Shown here in pieces: positions 1 through 9,782 of a DNA stretch of 41,998 nt (within the stretch, counting starts at the first letter, position 1; each line of letters opens with the position of its first letter). The stretch is from a candidate division WOR-3 bacterium (lineage in GTDB: Bacteria; Hydrothermota; Tepidihabitantia; SM23-42; JAOAFX01). Both the position numbers and the translations under genes were made by a program. The DNA is taken from NCBI GenBank assembly GCA_039802265.1, contig JBDRWI010000011.1, positions 1 to 41,998 on the forward strand, read 5' to 3'. The notes below the pieces were generated by a model. The model ran no database searches and had not been told where the DNA came from. It saw only the letters and a program-made list of their open reading frames with translations.

Positions 1-162
1 GATACCCCCTGAAAACCCCCGCTATATAGCAAACCGTCTCTTTGTGCGGAGACCATTTTCATATCATCCTCCCCTGAATATCTTGTGGTTTTTTTAACTA
101 TAATGAAAAATTTCATTACCATTGTATTGGAATTTTTTCAAATTCCAATACAATAAACTATA
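1..162 (-). repeat. Copy 1 (cut by the window edge) of a structured non-coding element; inverted copy of 26883-27043
   Basis: Manual alignment to the reverse complement of 26883-27043 gives 6 substitutions and 1 indel over about 162 nt. Contains a perfect 15-bp hairpin at 121-154. Confidence 0.95.
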
Positions 163-220
163 AATTCTTTTGTTGTATCTTTCAATTTTTATCCTTTCAA
201 GCCACTTAAATAAAGAATAA

Positions 221-236
221 TGCAAAATATGTGCCC
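221..236 (-). promoter_or_regulatory. Putative sigma54 (-24/-12) promoter pointing left
   Basis: Minus strand reads GGGCACATATTTTGCA, i.e. GG-N10-GC with GGCAC and TTGC matching the RpoN consensus. The upstream region is AT-rich. Confidence 0.5.
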
Positions 237-586
237 GGTACTTTAAATAAAATTTTTGAAAAATCATAGGTTTTTTTGGTTTTAAATTAATTACTTATAT
301 TTTAAGATAATTGTTGCACAAAATTATAAACATAGATCGCCTGAATCACAACCGGTTGGGATGGAATATCAGGGAGAGGAACCAATAGTCGGTGAGACTA
401 CAGTAGGGAATCCGAATAAATACGGAATCGGTTTCAAATTTCAATCTTGACACCCTCTCTTTGATTGGAAGGGAGAGAGTAATCTCCCGTTTACTATGGG
501 TAGCCACAGGTTTTTCATTATCTCTTCTTTAATAAAAATCAATTCTTTTTAAGGTTATTTATCTTTATCAGGCAACCAGTCTGTAA

Positions 587-614
587 ATTATAATAATATT
601 TTTTATTCTGTCAA
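587..614 (-). promoter_or_regulatory. sigma70-type promoter pointing left into the ORF-free region
   Basis: Minus strand TTGACA-N16-TATAAT. Confidence 0.7.
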
Positions 615-627
615 TCCCGGATGTCAA

Positions 628-2607
628 CTAAAATACCTCAACCGGGTCAACATCAATTTCTAATTTCGTTGATCTTAATTTGATATTTTTCAAAAAACGC
701 AATGCGCGGTGGTCAAATTTTAAAGGTGCTTTTATCAGAATATAAACTCGGTACTTTTCTCTGATTTTGTAGTAAAATGATTGGTTCGGTCCGAAAAGTT
801 TTATATTCTTTATCAATTTAAGATTTTCATACAATCTTTTTGCCTCATCCCATACATCCTTTTCACTTTTGCCGGATAATCTTAAAAGCACAAGACGTGA
901 GAAAGGAGGAAAATTCAATTCCCGGCGAACCTTCATCTCCTGGGAATAAAACTTGGGAAAGTTCTGCAATTGGCTGAAGAGGATTGAGTATTGTTCAGGA
1001 TGGAAGGTCTGAATCAAAACCCTACCTGGCTTTTCACCCCGTCCGGACCTGCCCGCAACCTGGGTCAATATCTGGAATGTCTTCTCTCCACTGCGGAAAT
1101 CCGGCAGATTAAGAATTGTATCTGCATTCACTATTCCGACAAATGTAACATTGGGAAAGTCAAAGCCCTTGGTTACAAGTTGGGTGCCAACAAGAATCTT
1201 TGCCCTGCCTTCCTCAAAGTCTTTGAGAATCTTTTCTGCCTCTCCTCTTTTTCTGACCGCATCGCGGTCCAGGCGCAAAATCAAGGAATGTTTATCCGTT
1301 TTGATTTCGCCTTCATTTCTTAATATCTTATCAACCAATTCTTCTATTCGCTGGGTTCCTGCTCCCTGGTATAGGAGTGTTACACCATTACACTTCGGAC
1401 ATAGCGAGAAGTATTGCGCCTTGTAATCACAGGTATGGCAGGCAAGGATTGAAGTTTTATCCGGCTCAGACCTTTTGTGATAGACGAGTGGTAGATGGCA
1501 ATAGGGACAACGAACTACATAGCCACAGTGGGGACAGACCAAACTCGGTGCGAATCCCCGACGATTCAAAAATAGAATCATCTGTTCATCTTTTTTCAAG
1601 ACCTCTTTTATTGCCTCTTCAAAACGTGCTGATAATAATCTTCTCTTTTCGGTCTTGAGGTCCACAATTTCAACCTTGGGCAATGGCCTTGAGTCAATTC
1701 TTTCATTCAGGGTTATCAACTCATACTTTCCTATCCCGGCATTATAGTATGATTCAAGTTGGGGAGTGGCACTTCCAAGGACAACTACAATATTCTCAAT
1801 CTTTCCCCTCATCACCGCCACATCCCGGGCATTATATCTTACACTTTGCTGTTGTTCCTTATATGAATGGTCGTGTTCTTCGTCAACGATAATAATCTTT
1901 AAATTGGGAATAGGTATGAATATAGAACTGCGAGGACCGATGATAACCTTGAATTGCCCCTTCTTGATTGCGTACCAGATTCGTCTTCTTTCTTTAGTTG
2001 TAAGTGCTGAATGAATCGCAATTACCTCGTTACCGAAACGTTCGGTAAATCGCTTCAAAAGGAGGGGTGTCATTGATATCTCGGGAACCATAATAAGAGC
2101 CCGCTGGCCCCTTCGGATAACCTGTGCCACCACCTTCAAATAAACCTCGGTCTTTCCGCTTCCGGTGATACCATAGAGTAAAAAAACCTTAAACTCCTTT
2201 CTTGTTAGGGCATTGAGGATTCTTGTGATTGCATATTTTTGTTGATAGGTCGGCGCTGGTTCTTTAGCCAATATGGGCGCCTTAACCTCTTTTTTTAATA
2301 ACTCAAATTTCTTAAGGACCTTTGAAGGCAATGCCTGCCTTAAGACCTCACCCATTGTTGCGATATAGTAATCGGCAATCCATTTATAAAGTCTTAATAA
2401 TTGGGGAGGAATAAACTCTCTCTCAACCAGTTTTTGAACATTTTTTATGTTCTGGACTTCTGCCTTTACATTGGCTTGGATTACAATACCGTATTTAAAC
2501 TTATTCCTTAAAGGAACAAGCACCAAATCACCAATTTGAACAGGAAATTCGGTACTATAGGTTAAATAATCAAATTTTGTATTAGGTATTGCTACATTGA
2601 TGAGCAT
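628..2607 (-). CDS. priA: Primosomal protein N' (replication restart helicase)
   Basis: Walker A GITGSGKTEVY, DEEH box, Cys-rich Zn region (CPHC/CPYC/CHTC/CPKC), QVAGRSGR, C-terminal IDVDP. Confidence 0.97.
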   Translation of the reverse strand: MLINVAIPNTKFDYLTYSTEFPVQIGDLVLVPLRNKFKYGIVIQANVKAEVQNIKNVQKLVEREFIPPQLLRLYKWIADYYIATMGEVLRQALPSKVLKKFELLKKEVKAPILAKEPAPTYQQKYAITRILNALTRKEFKVFLLYGITGSGKTEVYLKVVAQVIRRGQRALIMVPEISMTPLLLKRFTERFGNEVIAIHSALTTKERRRIWYAIKKGQFKVIIGPRSSIFIPIPNLKIIIVDEEHDHSYKEQQQSVRYNARDVAVMRGKIENIVVVLGSATPQLESYYNAGIGKYELITLNERIDSRPLPKVEIVDLKTEKRRLLSARFEEAIKEVLKKDEQMILFLNRRGFAPSLVCPHCGYVVRCPYCHLPLVYHKRSEPDKTSILACHTCDYKAQYFSLCPKCNGVTLLYQGAGTQRIEELVDKILRNEGEIKTDKHSLILRLDRDAVRKRGEAEKILKDFEEGRAKILVGTQLVTKGFDFPNVTFVGIVNADTILNLPDFRSGEKTFQILTQVAGRSGRGEKPGRVLIQTFHPEQYSILFSQLQNFPKFYSQEMKVRRELNFPPFSRLVLLRLSGKSEKDVWDEAKRLYENLKLIKNIKLFGPNQSFYYKIREKYRVYILIKAPLKFDHRALRFLKNIKLRSTKLEIDVDPVEVF

Positions 2608-2624
2608 ATTTTAATAAAGTATGA

Positions 2625-3800
2625 TTAATATTCATACCTTGCCTTTGATATAGAAAGGGATATACCAATTGCAATGAAGCAAGCCAGCAGGGCTGACCCG
2701 CCATAACTTATAAAAGGTAGAGGAACACCGGTTACCGGTAGGATGCCTATGGTCATACCCATATTTATGAATGTTTGATAGGCAAACCAGGTAAGGATAC
2801 CGATGATTATAAGACTGCCCAAACGGTTCTTCGTGATTTTTGCTACCGACAATAGTCTGTAGAATAAATATAAATATAAAAGCACCGTAATTACTATCCC
2901 GATGAATCCAAGTTCCTCGCCGATACAGGAGAAGATGAAGTCGGTGTGCCTTTCCGGTAAGAATTCTAATCTCTTCTGGGTACCGGATAAGAAGCCTTTA
3001 CCAAACAGCCGACCCGAGCCGATTGCAATCTTTGATTGAATTATCTGCCAGGATATTCCCTTCGGGTCAAACCAGGGAGAAAGGAAGGCAATGATTCTCT
3101 TCTGTTGATAGGTCTTGAGTGAATTCCAGATAACCGGAGTCATAAGTCCAATTAAAGGATTGGCAATAAAGCCGTAGATAATATTACCCAATTTTTTGCG
3201 AATGTATAAATATATGGCCAAAAGTGTCATAAAACTTAGCCATATATAAATTGAAAAACTCGCGATTGCTGAAATAATGGGTGAGAAGAAGACAAAAATC
3301 TTTTCCGCGGGCATCCCTGCCCAATAAAGCATAACAACCATTACCGGAAGAAATATCTGGGCTGCCCCAAAGTCGGGTTCAATAAAGATAAGTCCGGCTG
3401 GAATGAGGACAATGATCATTGGGATTACGAAATCAGTAAATTTTTCAAGTTTCTTTTTACGGATTAAATAATAGGCAAGGATTGAAATCGTACCTAATTT
3501 TGCAAATTCAGATGGTTGTAAAGAAAATCCATTAAAGATTAGCCATCGTTTAGGATAGGTTGACGGAAGGGCAAGGACTAAGATGAGCATTAAGATAGTG
3601 AGTATATATAAAAAGGGAGAAAGGATATACCATCCTCGCATCGGTACCTGAGATACCAAGAGCATAGCGGCAATCGCGATTCCAAACCACAATGACTGTT
3701 TTAAGAGATAATCTTTGCCACCAGTAGAATAGATCATCAAGAGTCCAAATATTGCCAGAAGTACGGTGGGCAAAAATATGGTTAAGTCAATTTTTTTCAT
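2625..3800 (-). CDS. rodA: Rod shape-determining SEDS peptidoglycan polymerase RodA
   Basis: Multi-TM protein with QPSEFAK, PDFG, LPERHTDFIF and PLPFISYGGS; follows PBP2. Confidence 0.95.
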   Translation of the reverse strand: MKKIDLTIFLPTVLLAIFGLLMIYSTGGKDYLLKQSLWFGIAIAAMLLVSQVPMRGWYILSPFLYILTILMLILVLALPSTYPKRWLIFNGFSLQPSEFAKLGTISILAYYLIRKKKLEKFTDFVIPMIIVLIPAGLIFIEPDFGAAQIFLPVMVVMLYWAGMPAEKIFVFFSPIISAIASFSIYIWLSFMTLLAIYLYIRKKLGNIIYGFIANPLIGLMTPVIWNSLKTYQQKRIIAFLSPWFDPKGISWQIIQSKIAIGSGRLFGKGFLSGTQKRLEFLPERHTDFIFSCIGEELGFIGIVITVLLYLYLFYRLLSVAKITKNRLGSLIIIGILTWFAYQTFINMGMTIGILPVTGVPLPFISYGGSALLACFIAIGISLSISKARYEY

Positions 3801-5512
3801 TTATATGAAGCGATTCCTTTATTGACAAAAAATGTTTTTATTATCTTACCTGCAATCGGTGCGGCAACACTTCCACCGTGTCCAGCATTTTCAACAACGA
3901 CACAGACTAATATTTCAGGATTTTCCGGCGGGGCATAGCCAACAAATATAGAATGGTCTTCGCCATGGGGATTCTCGGCGGTTCCGGTCTTACCACAAAC
4001 ATCAACTGTCTCAAGTTGGGCAAGAATACCGGTACCGGTGGAGACAACACCACGGAGTCCTTGTTGGATTGTTTCTATAGCCCGCGGTGAGAGCACGAGT
4101 TGTCTGCTTTCCGCTTTGTCTTTTTTTATTAGATGGGGGATAATTATATTACCGTTATTGGCAAAGAGCGTATATGCGCAGGCAAGTTGTAATGGGGTTG
4201 CCAGCAGGTCCCCCTGACCAATACTTATATTGAAGATATGTCCTTCAGTCCAGTTCTTTCCGTACTTATTTTCCAGATATTTCCGGTCCGGGACGAGACC
4301 TTTATTTTCCTCGGTTAAGTCAATATCCGTTGTCTTCCCGAATCCAAATCGGACGAGATACTGGCTGATAATATCAATACCTATCATTCTGCCCAGTTGA
4401 TAGAAGTATATGTCACAGGAATGGATTATTGCATCTACCAGTCTGAGCTGCCCATGGGTCTTCCAGCACTTAAATGGCCTACGCCCCAGATAAAAGACAC
4501 CTTTGCAAGGAATAAATGTCTTATCCGGATTTATTAACCCGGCATCAAGTGCCGCAAGGGCAATTATGGGCTTGACTGTTGAGCCGATAGGATAAAGGCT
4601 CATTATTGCCCGGTTTATCAGGGGTGCTTCAACTGGATTATTCAGTGTCTGCCACTGTTGTTCATTTAATCCTTTGATGAAAAGGTTGGGGTCAAATCCT
4701 GGTTTTGAATAGAGGACATAGACTTCGCCATTCTGAGGATTAAGGGCAATCGCTGACGCCTTTTTGAAATTACTCAAGAATACGGATGTAGATTCAGTTA
4801 ACTCTGCATCAAGGGTCGTAAAAAGGTCTTTACCGGACTGGGCAGGTAAGGGCCGATATTCTCCCACTTTACCAAGTTCCCTGCCGTATACATCAACCTC
4901 AATATATTCAATCCCATCCCGGCCTTTTAAATGGTTTTCGTAGACCTTTTCTAAGCCTGTCCGTCCGATATAGTCACCGAGTTTGTATTCTTTATAATTC
5001 TTGAGCTCCTCCTTGGTAATTTCCGCAACATACCCGAGGACATGACAGAAAAGGTCCTTATATGGATAGTTCCTTACAGGTTCCACACCAACCTCAATAC
5101 CTCGCAGGTCTTCAATCTCTTCTTCAATCATTGATAATTGTTGAAAGGAAATATCGTGAGCAATTTTAGTGGAAAGAAAAGGATTTTTCTCCGACATTAT
5201 CCGGGTTGTTATCTTTTCTCTTTTTATATTCAAAATCTTAGAGATTTTTTCAATAGAAGCTGTGTCAACAAGTGCCGGAATAACCGAGACATAAAAACCC
5301 GGCCGGGTATTGGCGATTTCCCGGTTATTTCGGTCAAAAATCTTACCCCGCTGTGAAGTGAGATACTTCTTTTTTATCCGGTTTTCCTCAGACAGGCGAT
5401 AATATTTCTTTCCCTCAAAAATCTGAAGTTTCAAAGTGAAAAATAGTATCAAGGAGAAGCAAATAATCAGTGCCGTCCGAAGAGTCTTGAATCTTTTTAG
5501 GCCCTCTTCCAT
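3797..5512 (-). CDS. mrdA: Penicillin-binding protein 2
   Basis: N-terminal TM, RGKIFDRN, SxxK (STVK), SxD (SCD) and KTG motifs; in mre operon. Confidence 0.95.
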   Translation of the reverse strand: MEEGLKRFKTLRTALIICFSLILFFTLKLQIFEGKKYYRLSEENRIKKKYLTSQRGKIFDRNNREIANTRPGFYVSVIPALVDTASIEKISKILNIKREKITTRIMSEKNPFLSTKIAHDISFQQLSMIEEEIEDLRGIEVGVEPVRNYPYKDLFCHVLGYVAEITKEELKNYKEYKLGDYIGRTGLEKVYENHLKGRDGIEYIEVDVYGRELGKVGEYRPLPAQSGKDLFTTLDAELTESTSVFLSNFKKASAIALNPQNGEVYVLYSKPGFDPNLFIKGLNEQQWQTLNNPVEAPLINRAIMSLYPIGSTVKPIIALAALDAGLINPDKTFIPCKGVFYLGRRPFKCWKTHGQLRLVDAIIHSCDIYFYQLGRMIGIDIISQYLVRFGFGKTTDIDLTEENKGLVPDRKYLENKYGKNWTEGHIFNISIGQGDLLATPLQLACAYTLFANNGNIIIPHLIKKDKAESRQLVLSPRAIETIQQGLRGVVSTGTGILAQLETVDVCGKTGTAENPHGEDHSIFVGYAPPENPEILVCVVVENAGHGGSVAAPIAGKIIKTFFVNKGIASYK

Positions 5513-5916
5513 ACTTTATAGAAAATTTTATTTAATAGAAAAAATGATATCGGGAAAAAAAACAATGTCAAAAGTCCACCCGGGAATGGGATTCGGTATC
5601 CCAATACTACTAAGTTGAGAAGTATTTTTATACAGTAAAAAATTATAAATACAATATTGATTGTTATGAATTCCCGTGGCAGATATTTTTTTAAAAGTAT
5701 CAAACCCTCCCCGAGTAGTAAATAAAAAAGGCTATTCACGCCCAGGGCAACTGGATGGTAAAGGTCAATAACCAGTCCTGCGAAAAAAGCAAAAACGATT
5801 GAATAAAATGGTGATTCATTGAGCAGAACAAAGAAGAGCAAGATAGTGATGAGGTCAACTGTATGATTAATCGGAACAAAAAGATATAGCAAAAGAAGAT
5901 AGCCGATATATCTCAT
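5497..5916 (-). CDS. mreD: Rod shape-determining protein MreD
   Basis: Small hydrophobic protein with AFFAGLVIDL; lies between mreC and mrdA. Confidence 0.8.
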   Translation of the reverse strand: MRYIGYLLLLYLFVPINHTVDLITILLFFVLLNESPFYSIVFAFFAGLVIDLYHPVALGVNSLFYLLLGEGLILLKKYLPREFITINIVFIIFYCIKILLNLVVLGYRIPFPGGLLTLFFFPISFFLLNKIFYKVWKRA

Positions 5917-5924
5917 TTCTAAGG

Positions 5925-6767
5925 TTACGGACTGACTCCTTCGCGCGGGGAAGCAACAGGGATTTTCATCTGTATATTCTTAAGTGAAGCCGGAATTCTA
6001 AATTCTTCTCCTTCTTGGATAGCAGGTTCACCTTTTGGATAAATTAAATAAACATAGAATACCCGATTGATCTTAATGAAGGGCTGGATTACTACCTCTT
6101 TAAATAATAAATCTTTAGCTGTGTTTATCTCCTTTATTGTGCCAATCACAATTCCTTTGGGGTAAATCTCACTGAGACCGGATGTAACGATTGTATCACC
6201 AATGTTTATGGTATCATCAATCTTTATGTAGTTTAATTTTAAATTGCCGTTATTCTTTACAATTCCATAGACACCGCTCTGTTTATCAAAACCGCTTATG
6301 GCAAATCCATTTTTCTCAAATGTTTCAACAAGGCTGGTATTTGAGGCAACCGATTTTACTCTTCCAACAAGCATATTAGCAATAATTACCGGCTGATTGA
6401 CATAGACGCCATCCTTTTCTCCTTTATTTATGTATAAAAAACCATTGAAGTTAGCAGGGTCGCGGCCAATTACAATTGCCTTGATAAGTTTTAGACCGGA
6501 TAAAGAGAGGGTCTCTTCGCCGGGGTGGAATCGGGTCGCAAGTTCTTCGTTGAGTATTTTTAGCCTTGTTATGGTCATTTCAAGCTCTTCAATCCTTTCC
6601 TTTGATTGCTGGAGATACTGTAAATAGTTGCTAACAAGGCGCAGAGGGAATAATATTACCTGAGCGAGACTTTTACTTAGAACTAAATCGGCATTTTCAT
6701 TAATCAGGATAAATGACAGGGCTGTAAATAAAAGTGCTAAAAAGATAAGAAATTGAATTCTGGGCAA
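5925..6767 (-). CDS. mreC: Rod shape-determining protein MreC
   Basis: TM plus coiled coil, INKGEKDGV, TSGLSEIYPKGIVIG; follows mreB. Confidence 0.92.
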   Translation of the reverse strand: MPRIQFLIFLALLFTALSFILINENADLVLSKSLAQVILFPLRLVSNYLQYLQQSKERIEELEMTITRLKILNEELATRFHPGEETLSLSGLKLIKAIVIGRDPANFNGFLYINKGEKDGVYVNQPVIIANMLVGRVKSVASNTSLVETFEKNGFAISGFDKQSGVYGIVKNNGNLKLNYIKIDDTINIGDTIVTSGLSEIYPKGIVIGTIKEINTAKDLLFKEVVIQPFIKINRVFYVYLIYPKGEPAIQEGEEFRIPASLKNIQMKIPVASPREGVSP

Positions 6768-7823
6768 CTACTCTCTCTTGAGGGTAAATATTACCTTTTC
6801 ATACCTGGGAATATCTTCCAATATCTTTCCAGCGCCACAGACAACTGCCTTATGAGGTTCTTCAGCAACGGTAACGGGTAGATTGGTTTCTTCCCTTATG
6901 AGGGTGTCTATACCCCTTAATAAAGAACCGCCACCCGCCATATAAATTCCTGAATTTACAATATCTGCAGCAAGTTCTGGAGGTGTCTTTTCGAGCGTCT
7001 GACGCACCGCATCAATGATCATTGATAAGGGTTCCTGAATTGCTTCCCTTACCTCGTGGCTTGTGATTTTAACTGTTTTGGGAATGCCATGGATGAGATC
7101 CCTTCCGCGTACCTCCATGGTTTTATCTTCCTCAGTTGGAAACGCATTGCCAATCGCAATCTTGATTTCCTCAGCGGTCTGTTCACCGATGATGAGGTTA
7201 TAATTCTTTTTGATATATTGCACAATTGCCTCATCCATTTCATCACCGGCAACCCGGATAGAGTTGTTTGTTACAATCCCGGAAAGGGCAATTACCGCAA
7301 TTTCGGTTGTTCCACCCCCAATATCAATTATCATATTTCCGGTCGGAAGATGGACAGGGAGATTTATACCGATCGCCGCCGCTATCGGCTCTGAGACCAA
7401 GTAAACCTCCCGGGCACCTGCTGCCTCCACCGAGTCGCGCACTGCCCTTTTTTCAACCTCTGTTATACCGGAGGGAACACAGATTATTACCCTTGGTCTT
7501 ATGAATAATCTTCGCTGCTGAATTTTGTCGATGAACGTCCTTAAGAGCAATTCCACCATTTCAAAATCAGCAATCACACCATCCTTCATCGGTCTTATTG
7601 CCTTTATCTCTTCAGGGGTTTTACCGAGCATCCTTTTCGCCTCTTCACCTACTGCCAGGCATTTCTTGGTTTTGGTATCAATAGCCACAACCGTAGGTTC
7701 ATTGAGGACGATGCCTCTGCCATTGACATAGATAAGGGTTGTGCAGGTTCCCAGGTCAATTGCCACATCACTCAGAAAATGACCCTTTAGCGATTTTATA
7801 AAGTTGACGAGATTAAATGCCAA
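6768..7823 (-). CDS. mreB: Rod shape-determining actin homologue MreB
   Basis: AIDLGT, RPMKDGVIADF, DIGGGTTE, GGGSLL. Confidence 0.98.
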   Translation of the reverse strand: MAFNLVNFIKSLKGHFLSDVAIDLGTCTTLIYVNGRGIVLNEPTVVAIDTKTKKCLAVGEEAKRMLGKTPEEIKAIRPMKDGVIADFEMVELLLRTFIDKIQQRRLFIRPRVIICVPSGITEVEKRAVRDSVEAAGAREVYLVSEPIAAAIGINLPVHLPTGNMIIDIGGGTTEIAVIALSGIVTNNSIRVAGDEMDEAIVQYIKKNYNLIIGEQTAEEIKIAIGNAFPTEEDKTMEVRGRDLIHGIPKTVKITSHEVREAIQEPLSMIIDAVRQTLEKTPPELAADIVNSGIYMAGGGSLLRGIDTLIREETNLPVTVAEEPHKAVVCGAGKILEDIPRYEKVIFTLKRE

Positions 7824-7843
7824 GGAACTCTCCTGTCATTTTA

Positions 7844-7871
7844 ATATTATTTATTTTTTAGAAAAAGTCAA
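7844..7871 (-). promoter_or_regulatory. sigma70-type promoter of the mre operon
   Basis: Minus strand TTGACT-N16-TAATAT. Confidence 0.5.
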
Positions 7872-7912
7872 TGAGCAAATGCAGATGATTTTTCATTATC
7901 TCCTGAATTTAC

Positions 7913-7940
7913 TTGACTTTCCCCTTATATCGGATATAAT
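7913..7940 (+). promoter_or_regulatory. sigma70-type promoter of thpR (leaderless)
   Basis: TTGACT-N16-TATAAT; ATG 6 nt downstream, no SD. Confidence 0.7.
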
Positions 7941-7946
7941 GCCCAT

Positions 7947-8492
7947 ATGCGGACATTTATTGCAATTGAAATTCCGAAAAACCAGCGAAAAATTATCTGG
8001 GAATTGATAATCGAAGAGAAGAAAAGAAATTTACCAATAAAGTGGGTTGAATTTGAAAATTTGCACATCACCCTAAAATTTTTGGGCGAAATTGATGATA
8101 AGAAAAAGTGCGAGATAATTCCGGTAATAACTGATATTGCGAAGAAATATAAACCAATTACTGTTTCCCTAAAAGGTATAGGCTGTTTCCCAGGTTCAAG
8201 AAACCCGCGGGTCCTGTGGGTTGGTGTGAACCAGGGTAACAGTGAATTGATAGAAATCGCTAATGAAATTGACAATACCCTTGTGCGCTATGGTTTTAAA
8301 AAAGAAGAAAAAAAATTTCATCCACATTTAACCTTTGGTCGAATAAAGGCATTCTGCAAGGTGGAAGATATTCTAAACAGGACTGTAAAAACCGAGCCAT
8401 TTATGGTGGACTCTTTGGTCCTTTTCAAATCCACTTTGAAACCCGAAGGACCGATCTACGAGGCATTACAAAAATTTCCATTTTCACTCTGA
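7947..8492 (+). CDS. thpR: RNA 2',3'-cyclic phosphodiesterase (2H phosphoesterase, LigT-like)
   Basis: MRTFIAI start, two HxT motifs (HITL, HLTF), PRVLWVG, GPIYE. Confidence 0.93.
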   Translation: MRTFIAIEIPKNQRKIIWELIIEEKKRNLPIKWVEFENLHITLKFLGEIDDKKKCEIIPVITDIAKKYKPITVSLKGIGCFPGSRNPRVLWVGVNQGNSELIEIANEIDNTLVRYGFKKEEKKFHPHLTFGRIKAFCKVEDILNRTVKTEPFMVDSLVLFKSTLKPEGPIYEALQKFPFSL

Positions 8493-8621
8493 ACTGTTCT
8501 GTCATTCTAAGGGTATTTTAAAGCGTAGGGGGGTCATCTAAGTATTCTGTGTCTAACCAGAAGAGTATAAGAAAGAATTTTTTTGGCAAAAATCACCACT
8601 AAATTAGATAAGTGTGAAATT

Positions 8622-9782
8622 TTATGTATTTTCTTTTAGAATTCTCAAGGTGGTTTCAATTTCTTCTTCGCTATTGTAAAAATGGGGGGAGAAGCGGAGG
8701 CAGTTGTTGCGCAGTGAAATTATTATTTTGTGCTCTTTGAGCAAATTGTACAACCTTCTTGGGTCTTCCGGTTCTATTGTAATAATCCCTGCTTGGGGGC
8801 CGTCCTCGGGTGTGATAACCTTAATTCCGAGTTCTCTCAAGCCATCTCTTAATCTTTTCTTCAATTTCAGAATCCGCTCCTCAACATTATTCATTCCAAT
8901 TTCACAAAGCATCCGGCAGTTCTCAGAAAATGCACTGATACCAATGACATTTCTTGTTCCTTGCTCAAACATCCGTGCATCATTGAATAGGGGAGGGGTG
9001 AGTTCAAATTTTTCAAAATTCTGCCAGTCTGCACCGAGCCAGCCGGTGTGATAGCGTTTCAATTTATTGAAATTTCTTTTATTCACATACAAAAATCCTG
9101 TACCACTGGGTCCAAAGAGCCATTTTGCAGCACCACAGGCAAGAAAGTCAATGTCTATATCTTTCACGCTAAAATTCGTTGCACCGATTGCCTGGATTCC
9201 ATCAACGATCAAAAAAATCTCTCTTGTTTTTAGAAATTCATTTAACCTTTTAAGGTTAATCATCTCGCCGCTAAGAAACTGCACATAATCAACGACTACG
9301 ACCCGTACCTGCTTATCAATGTGATTTTTTATTAAATCTACCGGGTCTTTACCGCAAAAATTGAGATATATCTTTTCTATATGGGGCAGATTGTAATCCA
9401 CGACATAGCGAACGGCCGGGAAGACCTCTCTCATTACAATGATCTTATCGCCCGGAGTGAGTGGCAGGTTTATAAGGGCAATATAAATCCCCTCGGAAGT
9501 ATTGTGAGTAAAGGCAATCTCTTCCGGGTCGGCATCAATGATTTCTGCCACTTTTTCCCGGGCATTTTTGATTCGCTCGAAATATAATGGAATATCAAAT
9601 TCGGCTTGTTTCTTGTATATGTTTATACATTCATCAATCGCCCTTTCGGCAATGGTTGTCATTGGACCAGTTCCGGCATGATTGAGATAAATAAATTCAT
9701 TGGTAATTGGAAAGAGTTGCCTAATTTCTTCCAGATTCATTCCCACCCTCTTATCCTGTTTGTGATTCATGCTATAACTCAA
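8622..9782 (-). CDS. Class V PLP-dependent aminotransferase / cysteine desulfurase-like protein
   Basis: IYLNHAGTGP, VDGIQAIG, AAKWLFGP (PLP Lys), RFSPHFYN. The true start may be the downstream MNLEE. Confidence 0.88.
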   Translation of the reverse strand: MSYSMNHKQDKRVGMNLEEIRQLFPITNEFIYLNHAGTGPMTTIAERAIDECINIYKKQAEFDIPLYFERIKNAREKVAEIIDADPEEIAFTHNTSEGIYIALINLPLTPGDKIIVMREVFPAVRYVVDYNLPHIEKIYLNFCGKDPVDLIKNHIDKQVRVVVVDYVQFLSGEMINLKRLNEFLKTREIFLIVDGIQAIGATNFSVKDIDIDFLACGAAKWLFGPSGTGFLYVNKRNFNKLKRYHTGWLGADWQNFEKFELTPPLFNDARMFEQGTRNVIGISAFSENCRMLCEIGMNNVEERILKLKKRLRDGLRELGIKVITPEDGPQAGIITIEPEDPRRLYNLLKEHKIIISLRNNCLRFSPHFYNSEEEIETTLRILKENT

